A program made the position numbers and the translations under genes. Under the pieces are notes generated by a model. That model worked only from the letters and a program-made list of their open reading frames with translations. It was not told the origin of the DNA and did no database searches. From Mobula hypostoma (Eukaryota): a stretch of 64,000 nt of DNA. The stretch spans positions 154,814,001 through 154,878,000 of the forward strand of contig NC_086099.1 of NCBI RefSeq assembly GCF_963921235.1. The letters run 5' to 3'. Each line of letters starts with the position of its first letter. Positions within the stretch are counted from its first letter, which is position 1. This document shows positions 37,466 through 50,008 of this stretch, in pieces.

Positions 37466-37787
37466 TGTCAGGTCTGTACAGGCAAACACCTCCAGTTTCC
37501 ACCCAGCTAATAGGAGTCAACTGCCACTCATCACAAGCAGCCTATTTAAACCCAGCTCTCATCTACAATCCCTATTCACCCATCAAATCAGTAAGCCTCA
37601 ACCAGTTGCTCCAAGCCTTCAGTTACCTTGTTACCTGTAGTGTTTATTATCTTAGTATCTGTTCTCTCTCATTTTGTGGCTCCTTGTGGCTTGTTATTTT
37701 TGCAGTCTATTATTAAAGTTATCATTCACTGCTGAATTGTATCCACTGTTCTGTTTTTCCGTCAAATCTCCTCTCTGTTTCCTGATA
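37466..37787 (+). repeat. 3' LTR of the chromovirus
   Basis: TGTCAGG...CCTGATA termini directly after the PPT; TATTTAAA at ~37543 and ATTAAA at ~37712. Confidence 0.75.
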
Positions 37788-38519
37788 ATGACTTGACACT
37801 GAAAGAATGGAAATAACAACCGAACTGCTAAGAAGTGCGAGTAAGCTATTGCTGCCTGAGTAAGAATGGTTAGTGTGGGATCTCTGGGTAGTGTGAAGGG
37901 AAGATACAGAAGGACAGTGCTGCACTTCCTGTGGTTGCTCAGGAGGGTGCCATGAGTAGGGAGGGGAATGCTGGGTGGGACAGAAGAGCAGATCAGAGAA
38001 CACCATAGGAAATATTCCCTAAAAGAGGCAGAGAAACTCCCTTTTCTAGAGTTATGGAGCGATGGTGTAATGCCAACCAGAACTGGAGGCAATCACGTCT
38101 TACTCAATTTACCCAATCCAAAACCAATGCTCATGTGAGTGACACTGGAAACAAAAGTGCCATATGATTAGATTTCTAGCTATGCATGTTGTATGGAAGG
38201 CTTGGGTCACAAGGGGGAACTGTTGGCACACTCACATCACACAACTGCCCAGATGTCAGATGTGTGTGTGCGTCAAATGTACATCTAAAATACTCCAATT
38301 ATTAGAGGTTACATTTATATAACTTTGTCGAGTGCATTTTGGGCTCTGGCACAGGAAACCCCATGTGAGTTTTTGGGCTGAATTCCTCTTTGACTGCTAA
38401 CACTCACAGACAGATTCAAACATATCTAACAGAGTATTTTTGTCAAGTGCCCTAAAATCGTAAGCTTGGTTTCCAAACCCTGAAGTAGAAGGAAATGCTG
38501 GAAAATCCAGAATTTCCAT

Positions 38520-39470
38520 AAAACTATAGGATAAAGGAAGAAAATTAGGCTGATTGGCCCATCGAGGCTGTTCTGCCATTCAACCATGGCTGATTTTATT
38601 TTTCTCAACCCTACTCTCTGCTTTTTCCCTGTAACCCTTAACCCCCTCACCAATTAACAGCCTATCAACCTCTGCCTTAAATATACCCAGTGGCGGTTTC
38701 CACAGCCTCCGTGGCAATGGATTCCACAGACTAAACACCCTCTGGCTGAAGAAATTCCTTCCAAGGTCTTTGTATCTGCTCCCATTCTAATAATAAAAAG
38801 CCATCAGAAGCCTCTTCTGCCTCCTATAACCAGCTGAAGTTACAATGATCAGGTGGGAGATACTCAGAAGGAATCCTGGACCAATGTCAGTTCCAATTTT
38901 TGACTTCTGGCATTATGCAACTTTTATGGAGCATCTCTAGAATTCTTATATAAAATGTTGAAATGGTACCCTTGCTACTCTTGAAGTAATGGACCACAGT
39001 AACAGGGGATTGACCATCATTTTGGTGTAGATGCTCCCTGCATGGAACTGCCAGCTGATGACCACCCCCCACCCCCACCAAACTTTCCCAATTCTCTTCC
39101 TGTGTTCTTTTCTGGCTTTTTTATATTCATCATGTGCTCCCATTTGATCCTAACTTCCAAAACTTAAAATACTTTTCCTTTTTCTTCTCGATTAAGTTCA
39201 TCAACTTTCTGGACATCCAAGGTTCTCTAATCCTTCTACGCCTGCCCTTCCTTCTAGCAGGAACATATCTTTCCTGTACTCTCTGCAATTGATTTTTAAA
39301 CACCCTCCACATGTCTGATGTGAATTTTCCAGATAAAAGATGTTCTTAATTAACTCTTATTACTTCTTGCCTAGTACCCTTGTAATTTGCCCTACGCCAA
39401 TTTAAAACTCTCCCACAGGACCATACCTATCCTTATCGATAGCTGTCCAGAAAGTTAAAGGAGTTATGGT
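38520..39470 (-). mobile_element. CR1 fragments (3' end 38520-38760; internal 39050-39470)
   Basis: CR1 3' UTR text; ORF WRVFKNQLQRVQERYVP...EPW. Confidence 0.7.
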
Positions 39471-39805
39471 ACTCATACCTCTTCCCTCACCACCAGCCAG
39501 TGAGACAAAGATACATGTACATCTCCTTCAACTTTGATGCACTCATAGCTCCCAGTGCAGCCTTCTCCATGTTGCTGAGTCCAAATACGGATTAGGCAAC
39601 AGGTCTACAGAGCATCTGCACTCTGTCTACAATGGCCACTCCCCAGCCTTCTCCACCACTGGGGTGAGGCCCAATGCTATCTGGAAGAACAACATCACAT
39701 ATTCTACCTGGGTAGTCTACAATCCAATTCAATTGAAATTTTCTAGTTTTAGTTGCTCTACACCTCCTGTATTCCTGTCTCCCTTCCTCCTTCTGATTCA
39801 TCCCT

Positions 39806-40145
39806 GCGGATGAAACAGAGAGCTTTGAGACCTTCCTGATGGGGGATGGAAGTATATAGGGACTGGACATCCATGGTGAAAATAAAGTGGTGCGGGCAAG
39901 GGAACTTAAAATCATCGAAATGTTTCAGAGCGTGGGAAGTGTCACAAACATAGGTAGGAAGGAATTGAACAAGGGGGGATAAAACAGTGTCGTGGTATGC
40001 AGAAATGAGTCTGGTGGGGTAGGAGCAAACTGAGACAATGGGTCTACCTGGACAGGCAGGTTTGTGGATCTTGGGTCGGAGGTGGAAATGGGAAGTGTGG
40101 GGTGTGGGAACTATAAGGTTGGTAGCAGTGGATGGGAGACACACA
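39806..40145 (-). mobile_element. Penelope-like RT fragment
   Basis: PKIHKP..PGRPIVS...TMDVQSLYTSIPH, typical of PLE RT. A degenerate GIY-YIG remnant lies on + at 39480-39800. Confidence 0.88.
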
Positions 40146-40229
40146 GCATTTCCCTTTCATTCTAATATATGGTTATATATATTTTATCATTTAAAGTGCC
40201 CATTAATCACCAATTAAAGCGTTGAGGAA

Positions 40230-40790
40230 GATTGAGACGTCGAGGTGAATGAGAGTTCAGTGCCGACTGCCTTCGTTTTGATCCCTGCCAGAGAAGGAGC
40301 CTGTGAATGGCCTATCACTGTGGCAGGTGGCGAGGCCTCTCGTGTAGTGCCCCTCTCTTTTGATGAATGTCAGTGATATTGTAGGATAGTATCATGATTT
40401 CACATTTATGGATTGGATTATTGTTTATGGCCCGTGAAATTTTCAGACTTACGGTTTTATATATTACGTTTTTTTTAAAATCGCCTGTTCCTTTTCCATC
40501 TTGTTGTGCGAGGGGAGGTGATTTGTAGTTTGATGTTCTGATAGTTTTTTTTAATACAGAGGAGGGGTTACATTTGGGGGTCGATGTTTGTGTTCTGTTC
40601 TGTGCGGGGGAGGAGGGTTTTGCAGGTTTATAATTGGGATGCTATTCTTTTTTGTGCGGGGGGTTGGTTTGATGTTTCTCTCTGAATGACTTTCATGTTC
40701 TTTCATTGCTTCATGGCTATCTAGAGAAGAGGAATTTCAGAGTTGTGTATGGATACATGCTTTGATAATAAGTGAATCTTTGAACCTTTG
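40230..40790 (+). mobile_element. Third member of the non-coding LINE-tail repeat family
   Basis: Tail GAATTTCAGAGTTGTGTAT...TGAATCTTTGAACCTTTG. Confidence 0.55.
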
Positions 40791-41037
40791 GTCCACGCAG
40801 GACCCAAGAGAAGAAATTATGGATCTTCTGGAAAATTAATCAGTCAACGTACCTCATATTGAAATCAATTAAACTTCTGAGACACAATATACATATCAAG
40901 GATTAAATAGAAACCATCTTCAATGAAACTCTTATATTGTCTCAAATTCTAAACTTGTTTGAAGAAGTTGTGGGGATATTTTGATACCCACAGCTTATAA
41001 GGATCCATTAAGGCCTAATGAGCCAGTAGGAACTTAC

Positions 41038-41112
41038 CGATGTATTTGCAATGGCCAAGGAGTCTGGGAAGGAGTCGGTAAGGCAGTTGACGGACTCATC
41101 AACATAGCACTG
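41038..41112 (-). CDS. Candidate 75-nt (or 72-nt, NAGNAG) exon
   Basis: ttttctccaacatatag|CAG...TCG|gtaagt (consensus donor); reads QCYVDESVNCLTDSFPDSLAIANTS or SAMLMSPSTALPTPSQTPWPLQIH. Confidence 0.4.
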
Positions 41113-41115
41113 CTA

Positions 41116-41235
<120 letters not shown>

Positions 41236-41239
41236 TCAT

Positions 41240-41575
41240 CTGGGGTGAGTCTCCTGATTGACCCCAGGGTCAAACTAAACATAGCGAAAACGCTTTTAGT
41301 ACTATGCTCCACAAGTCTGGAACAACCTTCCAGAGGATCAGAAGTCTGCCCCAACTTTAAGCTCTTTTAAGTTGAGACTTACAACCTTTCTTTTCACTGT
41401 AGTTTTTTATTGGAATCTCCTGCACTGTATCTTCTATTTATTTATTTTTAATGTTTGATCTTATTCTCTTTATATTGTCTAAATTTGATATTTGATTTTT
41501 ATATCTTGTTTTATGTCAAGCACTTTGAACTGCCTTGTGGATGAAATGTGCTATACAAATCAATTGCCTTGCCTT
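41240..41575 (+). mobile_element. L2-type LINE 3' end
   Basis: GCTTTTAGTACTATGCTCC..TGGAAC and tail AAGCACTTTGAACTG...TGCTATACAAAT(TGCCT)n. Confidence 0.7.
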
Positions 41576-41724
41576 GATATTACCTTACTTCATATTTGTT
41601 TTTTGGCTATTCTAAACACCTCTTTCATTTCTTCACTATACTTTCCATATAATTTACTACTTTCATTGATAGTTTTATTTCTAACTGTTTTAAGTATCTG
41701 TCTTCTATGTGTTGTGTTTGCTCC

Positions 41725-44420
41725 CCTGTAACAAACTAATGAGACCCTGAGCCTGGAGTCAGAACAAAGCTGGAACATGGAATAAACCTTCAGTCAGTAA
41801 AACCATGCAGCCAATAATCAACAGCACAATAAAGGTACGACCATTTAAGGGTCACAAAGAACATTCGAGATGTTGACAGGAACAATGACCAGTCAGAGAA
41901 AGTCAGCCCGGGATTGGTTGATAGCCATCGAATAGGATTTGGAGATGCCTGTTGAAGATGATTATCTGTAGGAGTTGAGCCCGAGGTTGATTTGGATAGG
42001 AACAGCTGGCACAGTCCATCTTCAAGATCTCAGGCTGTCATATTTTTGTTGCAACGTTGCTTACGGCTGTGCTGGCACTGGTGGTTGGTTCAGTCAGTGT
42101 AAATTGAACCCTTCCAGGAGGAGATGAAGTCCAATTCTGTATGATGATCTGCCCGACGAACTAGTTGTGCCTTTGGAAGCATGTGGCTACAAGTGATTGA
42201 TGTGGTGATTCCAGGGGTGTCTATTTACAGTCCCTTTGACAATCTGACCTGGTACCCAAGCGTCTTGGTCATTGTGATATTGCTTAGTCCACTCTGCAGC
42301 TCTGAGTTTGAATGACTTCATTCATCGACCAAAGTCTGCATGGCTGTCTTTGTGCACCTGACCATCTGCTGTCTCGGATTTTGAATGTTGTGGCACCACT
42401 GCATCCAATGTCCTGCTTGGACATTGGACTGTTGATGATATGGGGATGAATGGATGTGGGATGATTCCACTGTTCTGGCAAAATGCAGCAAATTACTGTG
42501 CCCTGAATTAGATGCTTTTGTCAGAAACAAGCATGTTTATCATCCCAATGTTGCTGAAGATCTGCAACAGCTGTTGAATTGTAGTTCTGTTATTGCTGAC
42601 TTCACAGATGATACATCTGGACATTTAGAATAGGCGTTAACCAGGACAAGATAGGTACGCATTTTGACTGGGCCATTGAAGTCAAGGTCTGGTAGCCTGA
42701 GGCCATGGTTGTGAATCAGTTGTACTTGGATTTGTTGCTGCCATAGAACATTGAGTACACTGCTTACATATGGATATGATATCTTTGTCTATGCCCAGCT
42801 AGTACACAAAGCTTCCTGCCAGGGCTTTCATTTGATTGATACCTGGGTGATCATGGTGGAACTGCTTCAGTATTTTCGTCAAAGTGTTGGTGGAATCACT
42901 ATTCTGTCTTTAAACATTAGGTAGAAGTCTACAGTTGAGAGTGACGTATGATGTCAGCAGAAGGTATGACATCTTCTTCAAATTTGATGGGGCATCCGTC
43001 GGCGAGGTACCTGGAGAAGAGGATCTGTAGCTGTTTCTGTTCTGATCTTGTCAACCATGACCCCCTGCTGGATCTGATCCAACCCTGCGGACTTCACAAT
43101 CGACTGAAATTGCAGCCATGACTGAGTCTTTATTTTCAGTAATCTGCTGATTCACCAGTCTGGAAAGGGCATCTGCCTGGCCAAGTTCATGGGCTGACGT
43201 GTACTTGATTTCAAAACCGTAGTTGCTTATCCTAGATAGTTGTCTACCTTTGTAGATGGTTAGCTGTATACACCAGGACACCTTTCTTAGTTCCGAAGAT
43301 TGACATCAGTGGCTTGTGATCAATAAGGAGAGTGAAGTATCTGCCATAAAACAACTTGTAGGATTTCTGTACAGCAAAGTTGATTTCCAAGGCTTCCTTC
43401 TCAAGCTGTTCTTCATTTGGACCATTTGCACGCGGCACCATTGTTGAGCAGGGTGTTGATTGCTCCTTCAGCCAGTGCATTACTGGGAGGAATGCTGAAC
43501 AATGACTGATCATGCTGAAAATAGATAGTAAGGTGCTGACATCCAATGGTAGAGGCATCTTTAAGATAGCAGCAATGTTTCCAGGATCTAGGTGATGACT
43601 GTGCTCATGCATGATGAGCCCTGGATATTTGATGGAAGGCATCAGGAGGTTGCATTTTACTGCCTGAAGTCGCAGTCCAAAGTCTTGTAGTTGGTTTAAA
43701 ACATGGTTCGTGCATTTGCATATTTCTGACTGATCCGTGCCCATCACAATGATGTCATTGAGGTGAGCGGTCAGAAAGGCCTGTTCCACTCAGTCTTTCT
43801 TAATAAATAAAGTTAAAGCTTGTTCATCCAGTCAATGCCAAGGACATTCGTACCCAGCTGGTCTGTTAGGTAATACAGACCGTTGATTGGATAACTGTGT
43901 TACTTCACCATGCAGCACAGTTCGCCAAACAGGTGGAGTGATGAGCTGATTTGACAGCGGGGGACCCAAGTGCCGCCGCATGCGTTCGGAGATAATGGTG
44001 GTGTCTGACACCATGTCAAGTTGAAGCTTGACCAACGGATCGTTAATGAATAAGTTGACGTACCGACTCCGGCTGGTGGTCAAATTTGAATGTGGCCATT
44101 AAACTCTTTGAAGATTTTGATGCCTTTTGAAACCACTTGCTCCTTTATTTCACTGACTTAGAAAAGAGTGAAGGACAGCAAAAGCCTTCCTTGTGACCAC
44201 AGTGATGGCATTTGCTGCAATTGTCCATGCATTGGCAGTTATTTACCTAATGGCACATACCACTATTCCAACAAGATGTAGTTGGCTACTTGGAGACCTG
44301 CTGAGTGATGATGTCTGAGCCATTGGAAGCTGTGTTCATATGGTTCTGCTTGACCAGGTTGGAATCGTTTTTCAGGTTGATTAAATGCTGACGTTTCTGC
44401 CAGATATGGAGCACTTTCAT
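41725..44420 (-). mobile_element. Degenerate Gypsy (Mag-like) internal region
   Basis: Protease QLDMVSD, RT HLNDIIV, RNase H LEKEAL...DHKPL...TANHLQR, QADALSRL, integrase remnants. Confidence 0.85.
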
Positions 44421-45311
44421 TGTTGCCCTAAAATGCCAGTGGCGCAGAAGGCAGTAAGTAAGTAAGTGGCAATTTAAAAAAAATGCTTTTCAGTTGCAGA
44501 GAAAATTAAATCCTGTTCGGATATTGCTTAATTAATACATTTATTGCAGTGCTCAAAAATGCAGGTAAAATCACATATGGATACATTTAAATACTACTCT
44601 CCTATAATTGAGCTAATTGTGTTGACTTTCTACTTGGATGGTCACAATGTCTGCAAGGAATGCAGATGTCAGAATGTGACAGTGATTATGGCATCAGGAT
44701 TGTGCTGAGCATAGGAGTACAAAAGCAATACCACAGATTTTATCTATGGTGCTTCACAGAAGATATACATGGTGCAGGCTTTGGATTGGCCATTAGGCAC
44801 TTTATGTTGTTAACAGCGTCTAATGGAGCTTTTAGTACCTTATGCTGTTTGACTGTGAACTAATTCCCCTTTCTCTATTTTGCTGCAATTGGATGATCAA
44901 TCTACATAATTTGTTTTCTTGTACTTTTGCATGAAATTATCTTGAACTACAGTTATACCTCAGCTCCTTACACAACTACCGTTACTCTATTGCCACAGGT
45001 TGCATCAGTAGAGCTTCGATCTTCAGGCAGTTCATTGTTATTGTTGATTAAATTCGAGAACAGAATATTTCTAAATATTTAGAAATAATATTTTCAAAAT
45101 ATCCAGAAAGTCCAGCTATCAATGGCAATATTGAAAATGTAGCTTTGTACCAGACACATCTCAATCCGATACAAAAAGATCTTCTGGAGATGTAGGGAAA
45201 GCCCTTAAAGCAAGCTGGATGCAAATCAAGATTTGATCCTACTGTATATCATAGACAAAAATAAAACTGAACACATTGGATGCTAGCTAGCTGAAATAAA
45301 ACTGCAATCAT

Positions 45312-46312
45312 TAAGGATAGGCAGCAACAACTCCACCACGGTTATTCTCAACGAGGTATGCGTCCTCAGCTGCCTACTCTACTCTGCGTACGCTCATGAC
45401 TGCATGGCCAGATTCTACTCGTACTTTGTCTACACATGATATCACTGTAGTGGGCCACATCTCAAAGAACAGGAAGGGGATAGGGAGCTTAGTATCATGG
45501 TGTCATGACAACAACATTCTCCTCAGTGTCAGCAAAGGTATGGTCATTGATTTCGGGCGGGGGGGGGGCGGTGCAGTAGTGCACATGCTCCTGTCTACAT
45601 CAATGGTGTTGAGGTTGAGAGATTAGAGAGCTCCAAGCTCCCAGTTCCCAGGTATGAACATCACCAATAGTTCCGTCTTGGTGTAGCCATGTTGATGTTA
45701 CAGCAAGAAAACTCACCATCTCCTCTACTTCCTCAGGAGTCTAAAGAAATATGGCATTTCCCCTTGACTCTTCCCAATTTTTATTGATGTACCTTAGGAA
45801 ACATTCTATCTGGATGCGGAACAGCCTGATATGGCAACTGCTTTGCACGTAACCTCAAGGAACTGCAGACCGGTGGACATAACTCAGCACATTAGCGGAA
45901 CCAGCCTCCCTCTATAGGCTCTGTCTATACCTCTCACTGCCTCAGAAAAGCAGCCAACATAATCAAAGATCCCTTCCAGCCTGGACATTCTCTCTTCTCC
46001 TCTCGCCCACCAGGGAGAAGATACAAAAGCCTGAAAGCATGTCCCATCAGGATCAAGGACAGCTTTTATCCCACTGTTATCAGGCTCTTGTTCTTATAGG
46101 ATGGATCTTGATCTCACAATCTACCTCAATGTGATCTTGCCTTTTATTGTTTACCAGTTCTGCACTCCTTTTGGTAGATTTTACACTTTATTCTGCAGTA
46201 CTATTGTTTCACCTTTTATTAGCTCAATGCACTGTGTAATAATTTGATCTGTATAAGCAATATGCAAGACAATCTTTTCACTATATCTTGGTACATATGA
46301 CAGCAATAAGCA
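45312..46312 (+). mobile_element. Rex1/Babar-type LINE 3' fragment
   Basis: CVLS.LLYS.Y.HDC, TVVG.IS, WCHDNN, DFGR motifs and a Rex-like 3' UTR. Confidence 0.75.
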
Positions 46313-46356
46313 ATACCAAGCAGTAGTAAATCAAGGCAACTGGACTTGTGTTGTCT

Positions 46357-46398
46357 GGAAGACATTTCACCACTTATCCAAGAAGATTCTTCAGTTCT
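46357..46398 (-). ncRNA. Minimal hammerhead motif in the left pLTR
   Basis: AGAA-CUGAAGA-A..stem II..-GAAA-UGUC^UUCC; stem II weakened. Confidence 0.55.
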
Positions 46399-46802
46399 GA
46401 TCCAGGGTGGGTAGTTTTCTGGCTTATAAACTTTGTGACTTGTATAGCAATCACATGAGGACTGCTAAGAGTTGTAGAGGTAATGAGAGGGTCATTAGTC
46501 TTATCTTTGCAGGAATGGAGGTATGATCTGTTGTGGAGACACCTGAGGAGAGATGTTAGGACTGCATTGTAAGTATCTGATAGGTGGTGTCGTACCCCAC
46601 CCCCTCTGATCAGGGATGGGTTTTCCAGTTTGACAAAGATGGCTTCTTTAACCTCTTTTTCAAACCACCCGTCCTCCCTGTCCAAAATATGCACATTGTT
46701 ATCATCAAAGGAGTGTCCTCTGTCTTAATGACCCTCATGTGATTGCTAAACCTTTAAACAGCTCACAGAGTTTGTAAGCTGGAAAACTACCCACCACGGA
46801 TC

Positions 46803-46844
46803 AGAACTGAAGAAGCCTTTTGGGTGAGTGGCGAAATGTCTTCT
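46803..46844 (+). ncRNA. Minimal hammerhead motif in the right pLTR
   Basis: AGAA-CUGAAGA-A-GCC(..)GGC-GAAA-UGUC^UUCU. Confidence 0.7.
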
Positions 46845-47129
46845 AGAAAACACAAGTCCAGTTGCCTTGATTTACTACCGCTTGGTATACAATAACCTGG
46901 ATGACTGAGAACCTTCATAGACAAACAATACCAATACTAAAACACAAAATGCTGGAAATACCTAGCAGATCTGATAGCAATTGTGGAGAGATAAATTGAG
47001 GCTGCCCAAGTGGCTGAATATTTCCAAATAATTTCAGATTTCTGGCACCTTTTGCTTCCAGGGCCACCTTTTGTGTTTGTACATGTCTCATTGCCCTTTA
47101 TATTCCATCTTATTTCGGACCTCTCTATT

Positions 47130-47760
47130 AACGTAAGATCACATGAAAACATGAGCAAGAATAGGCTGCCTAGCCTGCAAGGCCCCACCATTCAATGTGG
47201 TCATGGTTGATCTACGCAGGGCTCAATTCCTCTTCTGTGCCATATCCTCATCTTTGATCTTCCATATATTTATCTATCTCTACATTATATTTTGTCTGAT
47301 GATCTAGCTTCCATCCTCCCCTAGGGGACCCAGAACTTCAGAGAAGAACCTTCTGTTGACTGTGGACATCGAACATCATAATTTTTTCCTCTTTAAACTG
47401 CTATCAGAGCTGCTATGTATTCCCAACATTTTCAGTTTGATTTGCTTTCTGGTATCTAATATATTCACTTTTATTTTTGTAACCATATTCCCTTGTTTGT
47501 GACTCTCCGATTAATGAAAACATTGCATATTCACTCAGCCAAGGCTCCTTAGGGTCACACTTCATTCTTCTAACTACAAATAACAAAAAAATCCAATTTT
47601 TTTTTTGTCTTTCTTGATAGGGCAAGCCTCTCTTCCCAAGAATTAGCCTGGTGAATCTCCTTTTGACTGCCTCCAAAGCTACTTTGTCCTATTTTTACAT
47701 AACAGGATCAAAACTATGCACAGCATTCCAGATTTGGTATCACCGATGCCTCATAAAACT
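47130..47760 (-). mobile_element. Old CR1 3' fragment
   Basis: LEAVKRRFTRLILG...YQER. Confidence 0.7.
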
Positions 47761-48589
47761 GTTGATCTTGCTTATCTTGTGTTCTAGTGGGAGGGGAAAG
47801 AAACGATGAAGTCTCTTGAGATTTATACAATACAACCACTTTGGTTCAACATAAAAATATTTAGAAGATTATTCAGTGATGGACCAGTTCTTCAAATGGG
47901 AATTGGATTAATATCTAAATGTGAAAAAATGAACAAGAATATAGGGGGAGAAAGCAGAGGGAGTTGATTGGATTGCTGTATATGCTGCTGATCCATTTTC
48001 AATGGGCTGAAGAGACTTCCTTTGTGCTTTGACTAATGCTATTATTTATGATAACTACGAGATTGCATTTTATGAATGTGTCATATCAACAGTACTACCT
48101 GCACATGCACAAAAGTTGAAAATTACCTTAGAAGACTTGTCTTTGTTCTATTTAAATCACAGAATGATAGAATCCTCTATTCACCCTTAGGCTCTATCGA
48201 TATCCTTGTTTTCCTGTTAAAGATGTGTTGCTGCAAATGTCTTGACATTCCTTTGATATAAATCCAAACTGATTTTTTACCCACTAAAAATTGCTTTTAA
48301 CTTTTAAGCAAAAGAAATCAATTGAAAAATATGATAAATATGCCTCTGGATGAATGGCCGGTTAGTAAGGGAAAAGGCTATCAGAGAAATAAGAAATAGG
48401 TCAAAGAGAGAGAAAGAGAGATAAATACAGCTTGTTAGTCTTGTTTAACAACTCAAATTCAATTTTACACCACATACATTTTAAGCAATTAACCTTAAAA
48501 GCAAAATCTATCAAAAATGTGTTTGCAACCATATAGCACTGTGGAAAACACACTATTTGATTGGTCCCCATTGGGTGCATGACATGGAG

Positions 48590-48692
48590 CATGTTAAGTA
48601 CGCAATCTGCACAATCAGTGGCGGGGGGAAAGACCAAAGACAAAGATGACTTGAAAGAGGAGCCCAAAGATGACGGGGTAGAGGGGCCATCG
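48590..48692 (+). CDS. Candidate short coding exon (unidentified)
   Basis: MLSTQSAQSVAGGKTKDKDDLKEEPKDDGVEGPS|gtaggt; purine-rich with retained CpGs, ATTGG motifs just upstream. Confidence 0.25.
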
Positions 48693-49872
48693 GTAGGTGT
48701 TGTATTGCCATACAACAAATTTTGCACGAGACATAAACATTAAGACATTTGTATGGTGATCTTTTCGAAGACAAAGGTTACAGACTCTTGTCCCAGATTG
48801 CTTTCCTTCCACAGCTAAGGGTGACTGTCAGGCTTCTGGATTAGTCTGCGTTGCAGCTGATGAAAGCTGAATTTCATAGCTGCCTCAGTGCTGTGTAGGC
48901 GACAGTACCAATAACCTTTGTGCATGGAGAGCAGCATTCCTTACCGTTTTCTTGAGTGGAAAGTAGTGAGCATCATGTGGATCCTGCAAGCCTCCTGAAG
49001 TCAGAGGGCTTCACCTTTGAACCCAGAGTTCCACATTGAGGGCAAAGGTTTGGCAATCCCTGAATGTTCAGATGGTAAGCAATTCTGAACAGGAATTCCT
49101 TGGCAATGCTATATAGCCAGTTAAAATGCACAATGCCTTCATCCTCAGTTAGTCTTCTGTGCCAGCAATATCTCAGCCACTGTACTGGACAGAAATATGT
49201 ACATTGGTGAAGGAATGATAACTTTCAGGTTATTCTGGTGAGTGCAGTTACACCCTGAGCTACATTGCCATCAAGGGCTTAATGCAGGTACTCAAAAGAG
49301 AGTGTACTGTGGTGGGATAGGAATCTCAGGATTTCTGAGCGCAAGCTAAAGTCCAGTCAGTCCTCTTCTTGGCTACATACCGATCTCAGCACATCTGACT
49401 GCACCATTCAAATCCTCATGAATCCTAAGGACCAGAGGTGACACCCCCAGGGTTTTCCGATCTCAGTCTATCCACAATAGTTAACTTCTTTAATTTAGCT
49501 AATTTAAATAAATGTATTTAGACTTGTAAGTGTATCTGATTACCACAGTTTTATGTTTTATTCATATTTTCAATTTTTAATTATGCTCGCGTGCTTTTGA
49601 ATGTTTATGTGGCCCTCACTGGCTGTCAAAGGTAATCTGGGCAGAGACCCAATTCAGGAGTTACACTACAAGTAGTTTCTGGTGATCATCAAGCTTTGGT
49701 GATTGACTATTCAGAGGAGATGCCCAGCGATTCTGTAAACAAGCATATGCCAGACCGTTACAGATTGTTACTTGATTTATTTGTTTTGACGTTCCCTTAT
49801 CTTGGACAAAAGTTTCTGGATTTTGGTAAAAAGGGCATCTCAGGTTTGATTTAAATAAAGAACCCTGAGTTT

Positions 49873-50008
49873 GTGTTACTGATGAAGGGTCTCGGTCTGA
49901 CACGTCAGCACTTTTTTACCCTCTGTAGAGGCAGTCTAACTTGCTGAGTTCCTCCAGCATTTTACGTGTGTTACTCAAGATTTCCAGCATCTGCAGAATC
50001 TTGTGTCT
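49873..50008 (+). mobile_element. Penelope-like pLTR 3' end with mutated hammerhead
   Basis: CTGATGA-AGGGTCTCGGTCT-GACA-CGTC then the family tail TTTCCAGCATCTGCAGA. Confidence 0.8.

Larger units (their letters stand above)
34290..37787 (+). mobile_element. Degenerate Gypsy chromovirus (Sushi/Tf2-like) with 3' LTR
   Basis: RT ([21 protein letters not shown]), RNase H (WTDHQNL), integrase (SHITMDFI, GYHPQTNGQSER), chromodomain (FLVDWEG..RSWVP), G-rich PPT. No 5' LTR seen. Confidence 0.92.
46313..46922 (-). mobile_element. Truncated Penelope element with inverted pseudo-LTRs
   Basis: ORF 46374-46694 ILDREDGWFEKEVKEAI..LENPSLIRGGG (GIY-YIG C-terminus); 46313-46460 is an inverted copy of 46733-46887. 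Confidence 0.9.

Noticed and set aside
41038-41085. FPDSLAIANTS resembles DDB1 YPDSLALANNS
   Set aside because: Flanking residues do not match, no other DDB1 exons are visible, and DDB1 is highly conserved in vertebrates.
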